A stretch of DNA of 64,000 bases from an uncultured Gammaproteobacteria bacterium (GCA_964474445.1 CAYYSJ010000001.1:270530-334529), one strand, 5' to 3'. Shown: positions 1 to 10,070, numbered from the stretch's first letter. The notes: generated from the letters alone by a model not told the origin. Made by a program: numbers and translations.

Positions 1-370
1 TCCCATCATGTCGCAATTGCCATCCGGAATTTAGTAATTGTTGTATCTCTGCATCACTCATATTTCCTGCAGATAACCAATCCGTTTGTATACCCTCTGT
101 CCGCCTTTCATCATTACGAGGAAGTGGACAAAAACACTGGACAAAATTATTATTTCCCATATCAAATACACTATCTTTCCCCCACATATTTTGAGCAGAC
201 CCTACGATTGCATGCCATCCATCCTGGAAACTTATTATCTCCTGTCCTCCAGGATTAAAGCATTCTGCTCGATGAAGAGTGTTCATAGCAAAAGAAGGAG
301 TAATCGTAAAAAGAAACGTCGCCACTGATGTTAATGAAATGATTGTTGTTTGTAACAAAGGGTTTCTCAT
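1..370 (-). CDS. Secreted hypothetical protein, partial (runs off the left edge)
   Basis: Manual translation from ATG 370: MRNPLLQTTIISLTSVATFLFTITPSFA (signal-peptide-like) ...GWHAIVG...VQCFCP...GIQTDWL; open to the window edge, not in the ORF track. Confidence 0.7.
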   Translation of the reverse strand, partial: MRNPLLQTTIISLTSVATFLFTITPSFAMNTLHRAECFNPGGQEIISFQDGWHAIVGSAQNMWGKDSVFDMGNNNFVQCFCPLPRNDERRTEGIQTDWLSAGNMSDAEIQQLLNSGWQLRHDG

Positions 371-538
371 AGCTAGTAATACTAGTAATGTGAGACAAGT
401 ATGGATTACTAAACTAATAAATGTATAAGAATGCAAAAAGGAAAAATGAAGAAATTACTATTGCATCTGTGACAATCATTACATCTTTCATGCAATACGT
501 TTAATATCATGCAATATATTCTTATTACATTTGTCCTT

Positions 539-1360
539 ATGTCTGTATCAACACTCAAAGATGCCCTTAACAGACTTAAAAAGTACAATAACTCTCCAGC
601 ACCTATTCTTTCAGTCTATTTTCAACTTCCTGATTCTCATCGAGGAGATAGTGTATTGTTCCAATTATGTTCTAAACTGATGGCACATGATTTATCGAAG
701 GAACAAATAAAAATTGCAGGGAAAAATTTAGAGTATATCTTAGGGTTTATCAAAAACTACCAAAAAAAAGGCAATGAACAATCTCTTGCATTATTTTCAG
801 GAGGAGATTCCTTGTTTGAAATAATATATCTCCCTTATAAGATAAAAAACGCAGCATTTTTCTCACACTCTCCTGTTTTAGAACCTATTTTAGAAGAAGA
901 AAGTGTCTATAGACGATATCTCGTTATTCTTATGGACCGAGAGAAGGCTCGATTTTTTACTATTACGCAGAGACTTGTTGAAAGATCTGGAGAGCTATTT
1001 GATCCAAGTGTTCCACAAAATGTTCATGCAGATACAGATGAATCTGAAAATAACGCACGTGAAGACAAAATTAATAGGCATATCCAGGACCATATTCATA
1101 GGCACTTCAAGAAAATTGTACAGACTATTACACAGTTTATCGGCAACGACATAATTACAGGTGTTATTATTGGAGGACATAAAAATCTTTTTCAGAAATT
1201 TGAACACCATTTACCAAAAAATCTCCAAGATAAAATAATGGGTGAATTTGTAACTGAACTCAATAATAATACAAATAAAGTAATTTTACGAAGTCTTCAA
1301 CTTATTGAAGAAATTGATAAAAAAATTAATGAGCAGCATTCTCCCTTTATACATCATTAA
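539..1360 (+). CDS. Bacterial archaeo-eukaryotic release factor (baeRF/eRF1-like, host-attachment family) protein
   Basis: ILSVYF N-terminus, SLALFS, YLVILMDREKARFF, RHFKKI, GVIIGG pattern of eRF1 domains 1-2; no GGQ; start could be 509 or 539. Confidence 0.7.
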   Translation: MSVSTLKDALNRLKKYNNSPAPILSVYFQLPDSHRGDSVLFQLCSKLMAHDLSKEQIKIAGKNLEYILGFIKNYQKKGNEQSLALFSGGDSLFEIIYLPYKIKNAAFFSHSPVLEPILEEESVYRRYLVILMDREKARFFTITQRLVERSGELFDPSVPQNVHADTDESENNAREDKINRHIQDHIHRHFKKIVQTITQFIGNDIITGVIIGGHKNLFQKFEHHLPKNLQDKIMGEFVTELNNNTNKVILRSLQLIEEIDKKINEQHSPFIHH

Positions 1361-1425
1361 TTATTCTTCAATATGCTTATGTTGCTCAGGTATCGAGAGA
1401 GGGCTACTAGTATTTCATAAGCTAT

Positions 1426-2274
1426 TTAATTGTCACCTCCTTGAGGTGAGTTTCCATGGTCACGTTTAAAAGGAAAAAGAGTGGGTGTTGGAGCCAGTGT
1501 GGGCGTTGGAGTTAGCGTGAGTGTTGGAGACAAAACATTTGTTGGTAACGAAGTAGGTGTAGCAGTTGGAGGGACTGTGTTAGGAGGTGTATTTATCTGA
1601 CTCTGGATCTGCTGTAAATCATTTTGTGTTTGTTGAATTTGTTGGGTAAGAGTATTTTGAGAAGTAGCTACATCGTTAGTGACCGTTGGTGTCGGAGTGG
1701 GTTGAGAGGTATCTCCTGCTGTTGGAGAAGAGGTTGGTGTTAGTGTTGGGGTTGAAGTTAAATTACTTTTTAACATAACTGAAGTTGTTGTAGGCGTACG
1801 AATGACGACAATAATTCTTTGCAAATTACTTTGATATTTTTGTACCGCATTTGCTAAATTTTGTTGTGCTTCTTGCTTTTTCACTGGGTCAGAAATTTTT
1901 TGTATAGAAACTTGTGCCTCTTTCACAGAACTTACGATATCTGTTAAAGCACTATCACTATAGTTCAGAGTTGAACCAAAATCACCACTGACTTTTGCAT
2001 TTTCAATAAGCGTTGAAGTTTCGGCTACTCTGGTATCTGCTAACGATAGCAAATAATTACTCTTTCCATACGGAGTCACTGATTCAAGAGCTAAAATTCC
2101 TGCCTCTATTCCCCGCTTCATCGGATAAAGAGGTTGGCCAGGGATACTTTTTTCGGCAAAATAGCCAAGTGCAGTTGTTGGAATAAGAAGAAGGAGTAAA
2201 ATAACACTACCAATGAAAAAGATCTTTTGCCACGCAGGCTCCGTCTCTTCCATGTAGTATTCAATATCTACCAT
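1426..2274 (-). CDS. DUF5667-domain membrane-anchored protein with Pro/Thr-rich tail
   Basis: TM helix followed by AEKSIPGQPLYPMKRGIE motif; PTPT-rich C-terminus. Confidence 0.75.
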   Translation of the reverse strand: MVDIEYYMEETEPAWQKIFFIGSVILLLLLIPTTALGYFAEKSIPGQPLYPMKRGIEAGILALESVTPYGKSNYLLSLADTRVAETSTLIENAKVSGDFGSTLNYSDSALTDIVSSVKEAQVSIQKISDPVKKQEAQQNLANAVQKYQSNLQRIIVVIRTPTTTSVMLKSNLTSTPTLTPTSSPTAGDTSQPTPTPTVTNDVATSQNTLTQQIQQTQNDLQQIQSQINTPPNTVPPTATPTSLPTNVLSPTLTLTPTPTLAPTPTLFPFKRDHGNSPQGGDN

Positions 2275-2320
2275 TACTTTAAGAGTAAAATGAAAAAATA
2301 AATTTGTCCAGTGGTCTTAT

Positions 2321-3514
2321 TTACTCAACAAACGTAATAGCTTTCCCTTTTTTATCTGCTCTGCCAGTTCGGCCAATTCTGTGAATATAATCTTCCATGG
2401 ATGCTGGCATATCATAGTTAATGACATGGGTAACATTATTGATATCAAGACCTCGAGATGCAACATCCGTTGCAAGCAAAATGGATATTTCTCCATTCTT
2501 AAATTGCTGTAGTATTCTCTGTCTTTGATTCTGATTCTTATTTCCATGAATTGCTCCTGCCCGAAAACCTCTTTTTATTAACTCATCAGCCAGCCTTTGA
2601 ACTCCCCATTTCGTTCTTCCAAAAATCATCACTTTCTGAAAACCTTCTTGAGCTAAAAGATCATGTAACACATCAATTTTACTCTGTCCCTGTGGCACTT
2701 TCACAACGTCTTGTTCAATATTTTCTGCAGTGTCTTGTTGTTTTACACTGATTGTTATTGGATTTTTGACAAATTCTCTAATAATTTCTTTTACTTTTCC
2801 ATCAATTGTTGCTGAAAAGAAAAGAGATTGTCTTTGTTGTGGGAAAAGGGAAATAAAATATTTGATATCGTTAATAAAACCAATATCAACCATTCTATCT
2901 GCTTCATCCAATACAACAGTCCTGAAGACGGATAAAAAGAGTGCTTTTTCTTCAATAAGTTCTTTTACTCTCCCTGGAGTTCCAATAACAAATTGTGGCA
3001 AAAGCTTCAATTCGGCTTTCTGACGGTTAAGACTCATCCCACCAATGCAAAGCGCAGAAGTCAGTCCAAGACCTTTTGAGAGAGATTTTAATTCATCTTG
3101 AATTTGTAATGCTAATTCTCGTGTTGGAGCAAGAATAAGAATTCTCTCTGTTTTTTGCTGATATGCTTTTTGTAACAAGGGAATAAGGAATGCAGCAGTT
3201 TTCCCTGTTCCAGTATTGGCAATACCAATAACATCATGACCATCCAAAATTGCAGGAATCGTTTTTTGCTGAATTGGGGTTGTCGTTATATATCCCTTAT
3301 GAGCAATATTTTCTGCAAGCTCTGAAATAAGAGAAAATTCATCAAAACTGTTCTTGGCTGTTATTTCTTCAATTTGTTCTTCATCCTGCATTGCAGAACG
3401 TTTTTTTATCACCTCAACAGATGCAATTGCATCCATAAGTTCACGACTTTCTAAAGACACAACTTTTCTCTTGTGTTGAAATTTTTTGTGTGGATTAAAC
3501 CTTTGTTTATGCAT
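2321..3514 (-). CDS. DEAD-box RNA helicase (RhlE-like)
   Basis: Q motif TTPIQ, ANTGTGKT, PTRELA, TPGR, DEAD, SAT, ATDVASRGLD, HRIGRTGR. Confidence 0.95.
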   Translation of the reverse strand: MHKQRFNPHKKFQHKRKVVSLESRELMDAIASVEVIKKRSAMQDEEQIEEITAKNSFDEFSLISELAENIAHKGYITTTPIQQKTIPAILDGHDVIGIANTGTGKTAAFLIPLLQKAYQQKTERILILAPTRELALQIQDELKSLSKGLGLTSALCIGGMSLNRQKAELKLLPQFVIGTPGRVKELIEEKALFLSVFRTVVLDEADRMVDIGFINDIKYFISLFPQQRQSLFFSATIDGKVKEIIREFVKNPITISVKQQDTAENIEQDVVKVPQGQSKIDVLHDLLAQEGFQKVMIFGRTKWGVQRLADELIKRGFRAGAIHGNKNQNQRQRILQQFKNGEISILLATDVASRGLDINNVTHVINYDMPASMEDYIHRIGRTGRADKKGKAITFVE

Positions 3515-3565
3515 AACTTATTTATTATACCATGTTTGAGGCAAAATAACAACTATAGGTTAATT

Positions 3566-4270
3566 TTAATTTGCTACGGAGGTGATACGCATCTCTTCTA
3601 CTTTTCCAAACCCACAATTACCGGGATCATACAATACTGTCCCATCAAGTGCTGTTACTGTTTCATCAGGATTAAGCGCATGATAATGTTGGCTTGTACA
3701 ATTCGGGTAATGCGGATTTCCAATCCGCAATTGACTCAGTGGAATTTGTTTCCCATTATACTCAATGACTTGGATTGTTGATTGAGAATTTGCGTGAGGC
3801 GTTTGGGGCACATGCGGCTTTTGTTTGTGCAAAGAAGAAACTATAACAATAATGACTGCTATGAGTGTAATGATTCCAAATGGTCCTTTTGCATATTTTA
3901 TAATCCTTCCCATACGCCAAAGATTCTCAGAAGAACCATTTCCCTGAGAAAATTCTGTGTCTACTCTTTTTATTTCACTTTGTAAATTTTTTAAGGAGGT
4001 AATAAAGAATATCAGCAATCTTTTCCTTTTTCTTTGCTTTTCGTCTTTTTCCGGCAGTCCCTCTGCTGAAAGAGAGATGACATCTCCATCAACTATTTTC
4101 TGCAACTTATCGAGTGCCTTCTCACATCTATCTAATTTTTCATCCAAATCTGGGTGAATGCCTTTAAGAAGAATACTTGCATGTGAAAAACTTGAGAGAC
4201 TTATGCTATCTTGCGAAAGGAGCTGGTAGACAGACATCATTTTTTGATGTGCATTGTTTGAAGGTTTCAT
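3566..4270 (-). CDS. Hypothetical single-pass membrane protein
   Basis: 234-aa ORF, helical N-domain, one TM segment, Cys/His-containing C-domain. Confidence 0.7.
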   Translation of the reverse strand: MKPSNNAHQKMMSVYQLLSQDSISLSSFSHASILLKGIHPDLDEKLDRCEKALDKLQKIVDGDVISLSAEGLPEKDEKQRKRKRLLIFFITSLKNLQSEIKRVDTEFSQGNGSSENLWRMGRIIKYAKGPFGIITLIAVIIVIVSSLHKQKPHVPQTPHANSQSTIQVIEYNGKQIPLSQLRIGNPHYPNCTSQHYHALNPDETVTALDGTVLYDPGNCGFGKVEEMRITSVAN

Positions 4271-4284
4271 AAATCGTTAAATTA

Positions 4285-4575
4285 TCAAAAAGGTTTTCTT
4301 CCAGTCTTTAGTGATTGCTCTAAAAAATTCCTGATAGGACAAATAAAATCCCAAAAAGAGCAATGTCTATAAATAGTTGTTGAAATGCCTAATACTTTTG
4401 GTGCGGTTACGTGCTGGTAAACTAAATTACCAAGGGCAAGTATTGTCAAAAAACTAAGGATAGCTATCCACCGCAAAGATAGATTACAGAAATAGTCCCC
4501 ATGTTTTTTAGAATTTTTTTTGTGTGTTCGTTTCACCTTATCTTTACTATGACGAAAAAAATGCACATCTGTCAA
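4285..4575 (-). CDS. Small hypothetical membrane protein
   Basis: Basic N-terminus, one TM segment, PKVLG motif; co-oriented with neighbours; start uncertain. Confidence 0.55.
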   Translation of the reverse strand: MTDVHFFRHSKDKVKRTHKKNSKKHGDYFCNLSLRWIAILSFLTILALGNLVYQHVTAPKVLGISTTIYRHCSFWDFICPIRNFLEQSLKTGRKPF

Positions 4576-4579
4576 GAAA

Positions 4580-5053
4580 TTATTTTTTGACTTGTTCTTT
4601 TATAAATCTGAGATACCCTACCCATAACACAACACCTAGTGACAAACATACAAGGACAAATTTAAATTGTGCATGGCTGCTTCCCAATCCTCTCATAACA
4701 CTATATAAGAGTGTGAAGATGCTTCCAAATAAAAATCCATAAGAAAATACCTCCATATGTGATACTACTGTTATTGAGAGAACAAGATACACTACTGCAG
4801 CAATCAATGCTACTGAAGAAATAAATTGAACATATCCATCTCTTTCATCACTGATCTTTTTTTGTGCTCGTTCACAATTTTTATTCATTTCCTGAGTACC
4901 AATACCTGATGACGTCGTTTTTGCCGGAAGAGGTACCATACACGGTGCTGGGGGTTGATAGATTGGCTCAGGGTAAAATGTTGCAATGCCTATACTAACA
5001 AAAAGCGTGAGGAAAATACCAAGGAGTATTGTATAGAGTCCTTTCACTATCAT
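4580..5053 (-). CDS. Hypothetical 4-TM membrane protein
   Basis: ATG 5053 preceded by TATACT; GIATFYPEP motif, four hydrophobic segments. Confidence 0.7.
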   Translation of the reverse strand: MIVKGLYTILLGIFLTLFVSIGIATFYPEPIYQPPAPCMVPLPAKTTSSGIGTQEMNKNCERAQKKISDERDGYVQFISSVALIAAVVYLVLSITVVSHMEVFSYGFLFGSIFTLLYSVMRGLGSSHAQFKFVLVCLSLGVVLWVGYLRFIKEQVKK

Positions 5054-5312
5054 ATTTGTAGTATACCAGATAATGACAATCCATGGAGACAACCGACAGT
5101 ACATGAAAACTACGGGAAATGTATATAGTATATTCTCAATCTTCATAGTCGTATTTTTTTAATATTTTTTTCTTTTTCCCTCACAATTATCAATTGTTTT
5201 CTTCCTCTGCCAAAATTACAGCAAATACCTTCACTTTTTACATGAGATTTTTCTTATATGCCTCTCCTGAAAAATTTGAATTAGAAGAGACAGGATTGGT
5301 ATAATACATCCT

Positions 5313-6050
5313 ATGAATCAAACAACACGTCTTGATAAATTACTTTCAAACAACGGTCTTGCTTCACGAAGGGCTATCAAGCAATTCCTAAAAGCAAATG
5401 ATGTAACTATCAATGATAAACGAGTTACTGAATCAGGAATACGAGTTAGTCCAACAGATATTGTTAAAATAAATGGAACACCTTTGAAAAAACAGGAATT
5501 TGTGTATTTTTTGCTCAACAAACCGATTGGGATTATTTCAACAACCTCAGATGAATTTTTTCGAGATACGGTCACTTCACTAATCGATACTCCTTACAGA
5601 ATTTATCCTGTTGGACGGCTTGATAAAGATACCCATGGACTCCTTCTTCTTACAAATGATGGAGAACTGACACATAAGCTTATTCATCCTCGCTATCATG
5701 TTCCAAAAGTGTATCGACTTGTTGTTGAGGGCAAACCGACAACAAATCAATTAGAAAGATTTCGAAACGGTGTCCTTTTGGATGATGGACCAACACTTCC
5801 TGCAGAGGTGCAAATCATAAAAGAAGATAATGTACAAACAATCCTTGAAGTAACGTTGCATGAAGGCCGCAACAGACAGATTCGTAGGATGTGTGAGACG
5901 TTAGGTCTTGAGCTTTTGGATTTGCAGCGTGTTGCATTTGGACCATTAACCCTGGGAAAAGTAAAGCTTGGAGACTATAGACCGTTAACGTCACAAGAGG
6001 TGAAAAGTTTACAATATGTTGTCAACCAGAATATAAAATCTAAGAACTAA
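5313..6050 (+). CDS. rluB: rRNA pseudouridine synthase, RsuA/RluB family
   Basis: S4 domain RLDKLL..G.ASRR, LNKP.G, catalytic VGRLDKDT.GLLLLTNDG, EGRNRQIRRM. Confidence 0.9.
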   Translation: MNQTTRLDKLLSNNGLASRRAIKQFLKANDVTINDKRVTESGIRVSPTDIVKINGTPLKKQEFVYFLLNKPIGIISTTSDEFFRDTVTSLIDTPYRIYPVGRLDKDTHGLLLLTNDGELTHKLIHPRYHVPKVYRLVVEGKPTTNQLERFRNGVLLDDGPTLPAEVQIIKEDNVQTILEVTLHEGRNRQIRRMCETLGLELLDLQRVAFGPLTLGKVKLGDYRPLTSQEVKSLQYVVNQNIKSKN

Positions 6051-6067
6051 CGAGATATTCAAAACGT

Positions 6068-6730
6068 TTATACTGTCAGTAGGTGTGCATTATCATTCAA
6101 CCATTTTCTGTGTTGTCTATATGCGGGAGTAAATTGCCTCACTTTTCTCCAAAAACTATCACTGTGATTTTTTTCAGTTGTGTGTGCCAGTTCATGAATC
6201 ACAACGTAGTCAAGTACCATGAGCGGCGCCATAATAAGACGCCAATTAAATTGCAACGAATTATCAGGGAAACATGTCCCCCATTTAGACGACGTATCAG
6301 AAAATCGTACATCACCAAATGAAGCATGCATTTCTATAGCTTTTACCTGAAGACGTTTCTGAATAACTTCTTTTGCGTGTTTGAGAAACCAATCTGGTAA
6401 TTCTTTTTGTATCCGAAACTGCAATGCTTTTGGGAAAAGCAATTGACCATCTTTCAAATGAATTTCTATTCCATCATAAAAGGACAGTTTGTGTGATTCT
6501 CCAAGAAAATAAAAAATTTCTCCTTCTGTATATGTTCTTGTTGGTATAACTCGAGAAGTTACTTTCTGCAGAGTTTTCTCTATCCAACTTTCCTTCTCTT
6601 TAAGAAAATTGTTAATAACAAACTGGGGAACAAGATGAGGAGCCTTAACCACTACTTTCCCTTCTGGAGTAATATGAATGGATATTGATGCTCTGTGTGA
6701 ACGGATAACCTGTAGAGTAGGAATAGCCAT
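6068..6730 (-). CDS. M48/SprT-like zinc metallopeptidase (YgjP/DUF45 family)
   Basis: SKWGTC, FNWRL, DYVVIHELAH..EKNHS..FW. Confidence 0.9.
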   Translation of the reverse strand: MAIPTLQVIRSHRASISIHITPEGKVVVKAPHLVPQFVINNFLKEKESWIEKTLQKVTSRVIPTRTYTEGEIFYFLGESHKLSFYDGIEIHLKDGQLLFPKALQFRIQKELPDWFLKHAKEVIQKRLQVKAIEMHASFGDVRFSDTSSKWGTCFPDNSLQFNWRLIMAPLMVLDYVVIHELAHTTEKNHSDSFWRKVRQFTPAYRQHRKWLNDNAHLLTV

Positions 6731-6777
6731 AAAAGTCATTCTGTTATAGCACACTTTCCACTCTATGGCAAAAGAGG

Positions 6778-7176
6778 TCACTTCAGGTGAGGTTGTATAA
6801 CACTGTACAAATTCCCAACTTTTTCGCTGTGATGAACTACATCCTCTTTGTCTTTAGAAAGCCTCCTTTTGACATCACCTAACAGTGTTTCCCATTTATC
6901 TGTTGTTGTGAATCTCTTTTTGGTTATAAAGACAAATGGAGGCTTATTAGCAAGAAAAAAATCTATCGAGCTTTCATTTCTTGAAATAATAAATTTTAAA
7001 AGTACATTATTATCATCTGAAAAGATATCTAACCAGTCGTGAAATGGACGTATGCCAACATATCTGACATTCATTTCTTTTTCCCCCATTCCCTCAACCA
7101 TCCAAGAAGCTGCTTTTGTGACAATGCCTGCTTTTTTCATATTAGCTATCATGTCATCAACAAACAGTTTATTCAT
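6778..7176 (-). CDS. Hypothetical protein
   Basis: 132-aa ATG ORF co-oriented with neighbours; no recognised motif. Confidence 0.6.
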   Translation of the reverse strand: MNKLFVDDMIANMKKAGIVTKAASWMVEGMGEKEMNVRYVGIRPFHDWLDIFSDDNNVLLKFIISRNESSIDFFLANKPPFVFITKKRFTTTDKWETLLGDVKRRLSKDKEDVVHHSEKVGNLYSVIQPHLK

Positions 7177-7225
7177 AGAAAAATTATAAAGAATTTAAAA
7201 AAAATAACAACAATGAAAGACCTCT

Positions 7226-7615
7226 TTAAACTAGCTTGTTTCTTCCATGTATAATACCAACTATATGAGATGGAGGGACAACACCCGGAGAGAGTCTTAC
7301 ATTCTCATGCAATCGATGCTCTTCTATAGGTATATCCATAACAACTGCTTCTATTCCTTCATAGGAAAATCGTGGGTCTGTTGAGGAATAGACAGCTTCT
7401 TCTGAACGACTAAATGACACCGCAGTTGAACTGAGTACACCATACTTTTCATAATGTAAACCCCTCCGTAGTATTCCTTCCACATGAGATCGATGAGTAA
7501 GGTGTACAGCTCTCACATGCCCTTTTCTCAATTCCGATAACTCCTCAAGAGTTGTAACAATTTGTTGTTCTGGATTAAGTCCGAGAGCTTCAAGGAAATC
7601 GTGACTATATCTCAT
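7226..7615 (-). CDS. Hypothetical protein, possible ADP-ribosyltransferase fold
   Basis: VHLTHRSHVEGILRRGL and C-terminal VPPSHI resemble DarT/KptA-type motifs. Confidence 0.5.
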   Translation of the reverse strand: MRYSHDFLEALGLNPEQQIVTTLEELSELRKGHVRAVHLTHRSHVEGILRRGLHYEKYGVLSSTAVSFSRSEEAVYSSTDPRFSYEGIEAVVMDIPIEEHRLHENVRLSPGVVPPSHIVGIIHGRNKLV

Positions 7616-7753
7616 GGGAAAAATACTACTGTGCTTTGACTATTTATAATTAAGAAAACTGTTAAAAGAAAGTAAGAAGAAAGGTTATTATTTTTCATGA
7701 TGCATATCTGGTATACATTGGCAGCCTCATCTTTTATTGATAAACTGCTCACT

Positions 7754-8485
7754 ATGAAAAATTCGGAGGTCTTTAATCAAAAAACAGAAGAGACCAGTGA
7801 ACCTATTTCCGGAGACGCTGAAATTCCTGAACATCCCACCGAACAAAAGAGACAATATACGATCGAACAGTTTAATCCTTACGCTCTTCATGCTAAGAAG
7901 GAGTGGAACGAAACGATTCTTCCACGATTACAAGAAATACAAGCATCAGCAGAATTTCCAGAAGAAGGAAAACATAATCCAGAATGGATGACTGCTATGT
8001 TTTTGGGTATAGAAGATGAAAACAAAAGAGGTATGGGAAGTGTCGCATTACTCCTTCGAGATGCAAAGACTAATCAAATTATCGGTTATTCATATGCAGT
8101 CTCAGAAGCCGCGTTGAGAGAAACCAATGATTTTTATGACGAGCGATTACAAGGAATAGCCCATCATACCGCAATTGTTATTGATAAACCTTTTCGAAAC
8201 CAGCAACTTGTTTGGCAACTTATTGATTACCAGCAGGAAGCATTAGCAGACAGAGGATATAAGTTTATGGTTGGGGAGTACATGGCAAATGTCAAAGTTG
8301 TTGATGGAAGCCACCCCGTACGACGAGGTTTTGGTATTCATGTTGCAGAAAACTATGACAACGTTATCTATTACCGCCCTCTTGATACACTGTATGGCAA
8401 CCAAGAACAGGTTCTATTTGACTTACGAAGACCTCCACATATCCTTCTTGTAAGAACGCCACCAAAACCTCAAATATCCGCATAG
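7754..8485 (+). CDS. GNAT-fold acetyltransferase-like protein
   Basis: IIGYSYA strand and IVIDKPFRNQQL (degenerate motif A); ATG 7754 preceded by TAAACT. Confidence 0.6.
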   Translation: MKNSEVFNQKTEETSEPISGDAEIPEHPTEQKRQYTIEQFNPYALHAKKEWNETILPRLQEIQASAEFPEEGKHNPEWMTAMFLGIEDENKRGMGSVALLLRDAKTNQIIGYSYAVSEAALRETNDFYDERLQGIAHHTAIVIDKPFRNQQLVWQLIDYQQEALADRGYKFMVGEYMANVKVVDGSHPVRRGFGIHVAENYDNVIYYRPLDTLYGNQEQVLFDLRRPPHILLVRTPPKPQISA

Positions 8486-8553
8486 TATTGCTCTTGCAGT
8501 TTTCTTAAAAGATACTTGCATATTACCCAACCCTACAGACTATGCTCAATACT

Positions 8554-8811
8554 ATGAATAGCGCTGATTGGAAATGTCCTGTGTGTGGATTTTATGCGGA
8601 AAATGGGGATATACAGGATGAGCATATCCAAAAAACAGGTCATTTAACGCAAGAAACAACAGAAGATGCGGGAGTATCCCATCCTCACGCAGATACTTCA
8701 GATATGTCATATTCAGAACAAGTGGGATATGCTCCAGGGGCATCCAACCAAGTTGATTCTTCTCCACAAAAAGAGAGGCAAGGGAGCCAATATAAAGACA
8801 CGCAGAAATAA
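8554..8811 (+). CDS. Small protein with C2H2 zinc-finger-like N-terminus
   Basis: WKCPVCGF-x9-EHIQKTGH; ATG 8554 preceded by TATGCT. Confidence 0.6.
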   Translation: MNSADWKCPVCGFYAENGDIQDEHIQKTGHLTQETTEDAGVSHPHADTSDMSYSEQVGYAPGASNQVDSSPQKERQGSQYKDTQK

Positions 8812-8812
8812 C

Positions 8813-9037
8813 TTACCCTTTCACATCATCTAAATTTCCTTTTGGCTTGTCCGGTAAATCTTCTTCTGTACCAAGTCCAACATCTACACCGCCTATTTCT
8901 CCATGAGAAGACTTCTCTCGGTTAATATCATCCGTATCCTGTCGCGCTACTTTTTCCCAAATATCATCATGGGTATTTTCGGGGTTTCCAATATCCTCAG
9001 AAACTGGCGCATCTTGAACTGGGTCTGTTTTTGTCAT
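8813..9037 (-). CDS. Small acidic hypothetical protein
   Basis: 74-aa D/E/G-rich ORF converging tightly on the previous gene. Confidence 0.55.
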   Translation of the reverse strand: MTKTDPVQDAPVSEDIGNPENTHDDIWEKVARQDTDDINREKSSHGEIGGVDVGLGTEEDLPDKPKGNLDDVKG

Positions 9038-9138
9038 ACATCACAAGATAAAAAGGAAAGACAAAAGTTACGTGAATACTATGTAATAAACGCTTGAGAA
9101 TATATTATCGGAGAGATATCTAGTGTACATGAGTATTT

Positions 9139-9393
9139 TTAATAACCTCTTGTTGTTGGCGATACAGTTACTTTTTGTGTTGGCATTGCTGTAGGAGACG
9201 CACCTGTTGGTGTTATCGTTGCTGTTGGCGACATTACCCCAGTCGGAGATGGAGAAATAGATACGCCAGTTACTGTTGGTGTCACTTGTGTTGTCCCCTG
9301 CTGTCTTAGTCCACCTCGCACTGTGAGCCATGTAAGCCAGACAAAGATAATGATAATAAGAACAAAAATAAGAGTTTGTAAACCACGTGTCAT
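9139..9393 (-). CDS. Small membrane-anchored Thr/Pro-rich protein
   Basis: Strong SD (AAGGAGGT) upstream; TM helix then TPT/SPT repeats. Confidence 0.7.
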   Translation of the reverse strand: MTRGLQTLIFVLIIIIFVWLTWLTVRGGLRQQGTTQVTPTVTGVSISPSPTGVMSPTATITPTGASPTAMPTQKVTVSPTTRGY

Positions 9394-9553
9394 CGTCCTA
9401 CCTCCTTTTTTGTATGTTTTTAGCGCTAGATAGTAACGTTCTCATTCAGATTATCTGTACTCCTTTTCATTCACTCTTTCTATCTATAAGTCACATGTTA
9501 TAAAAACAAATAAGAAGAAGAAAAGAAAAAAGTAGTAGCTTGCCAAGAAGCAT

Positions 9554-9976
9554 TTACATAAGTGAAGCGATATCTTTGGGCAAAATTCCTTTTACATCCT
9601 CTATTTCTCCCTCACTGACATATGATTTGATAGCTTGAAAAATGACATGGACAATATGTTCGAGATCGTTGATATCTTCAATACTTCCTCTTGCCGCAAT
9701 TTTTACCAAGAACTGCTCTTTATCTAATTTTTGTGGAGTGTGAGAAGGGTTCCATCCTTCAAAAAAGATTCCTTTTACTAATAGTGGCAATTGTGCAGCG
9801 ACGTGAGCTGCCTCATCAATGGTTAATCTATCACGAAGGGTTTGCAAAACTGCTCGTAGAGCATGATACGATTCATGTCTTTTCCCTTCCCATCCTAACG
9901 CAACTTCAATTTCTTTTAATAACTCATTTGTCTCTTGAATCGTTGTATCAAATACATCTAAACCCGTTGTACTCAT
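9554..9976 (-). CDS. DUF2267 family protein
   Basis: MSTTGLDVFDTTIQET, ALRAVLQTLRDRL, AAQLPLLVKGIFFEGW, VSEGEIEDV. Confidence 0.9.
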   Translation of the reverse strand: MSTTGLDVFDTTIQETNELLKEIEVALGWEGKRHESYHALRAVLQTLRDRLTIDEAAHVAAQLPLLVKGIFFEGWNPSHTPQKLDKEQFLVKIAARGSIEDINDLEHIVHVIFQAIKSYVSEGEIEDVKGILPKDIASLM

Positions 9977-10070
9977 ATTCTGTATGTTGCTCCAAGAATA
10001 AAAAGACCCAACAAAAAATGTGATAGAGCTTAGTAAGTAAACAATACTCCTGAGAAAAGTCATGTATTCT

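Noticed and set aside
86-328. Plus-strand 80-aa ORF from the track
   Set aside because: Shadow of a better minus-strand ORF (1-370) with a signal peptide
1480-1800. GTTGG/GGTGT-type periodic repeats
   Set aside because: Codon repetition of the Pro/Thr-rich tail; no repeat-spacer structure, not CRISPR
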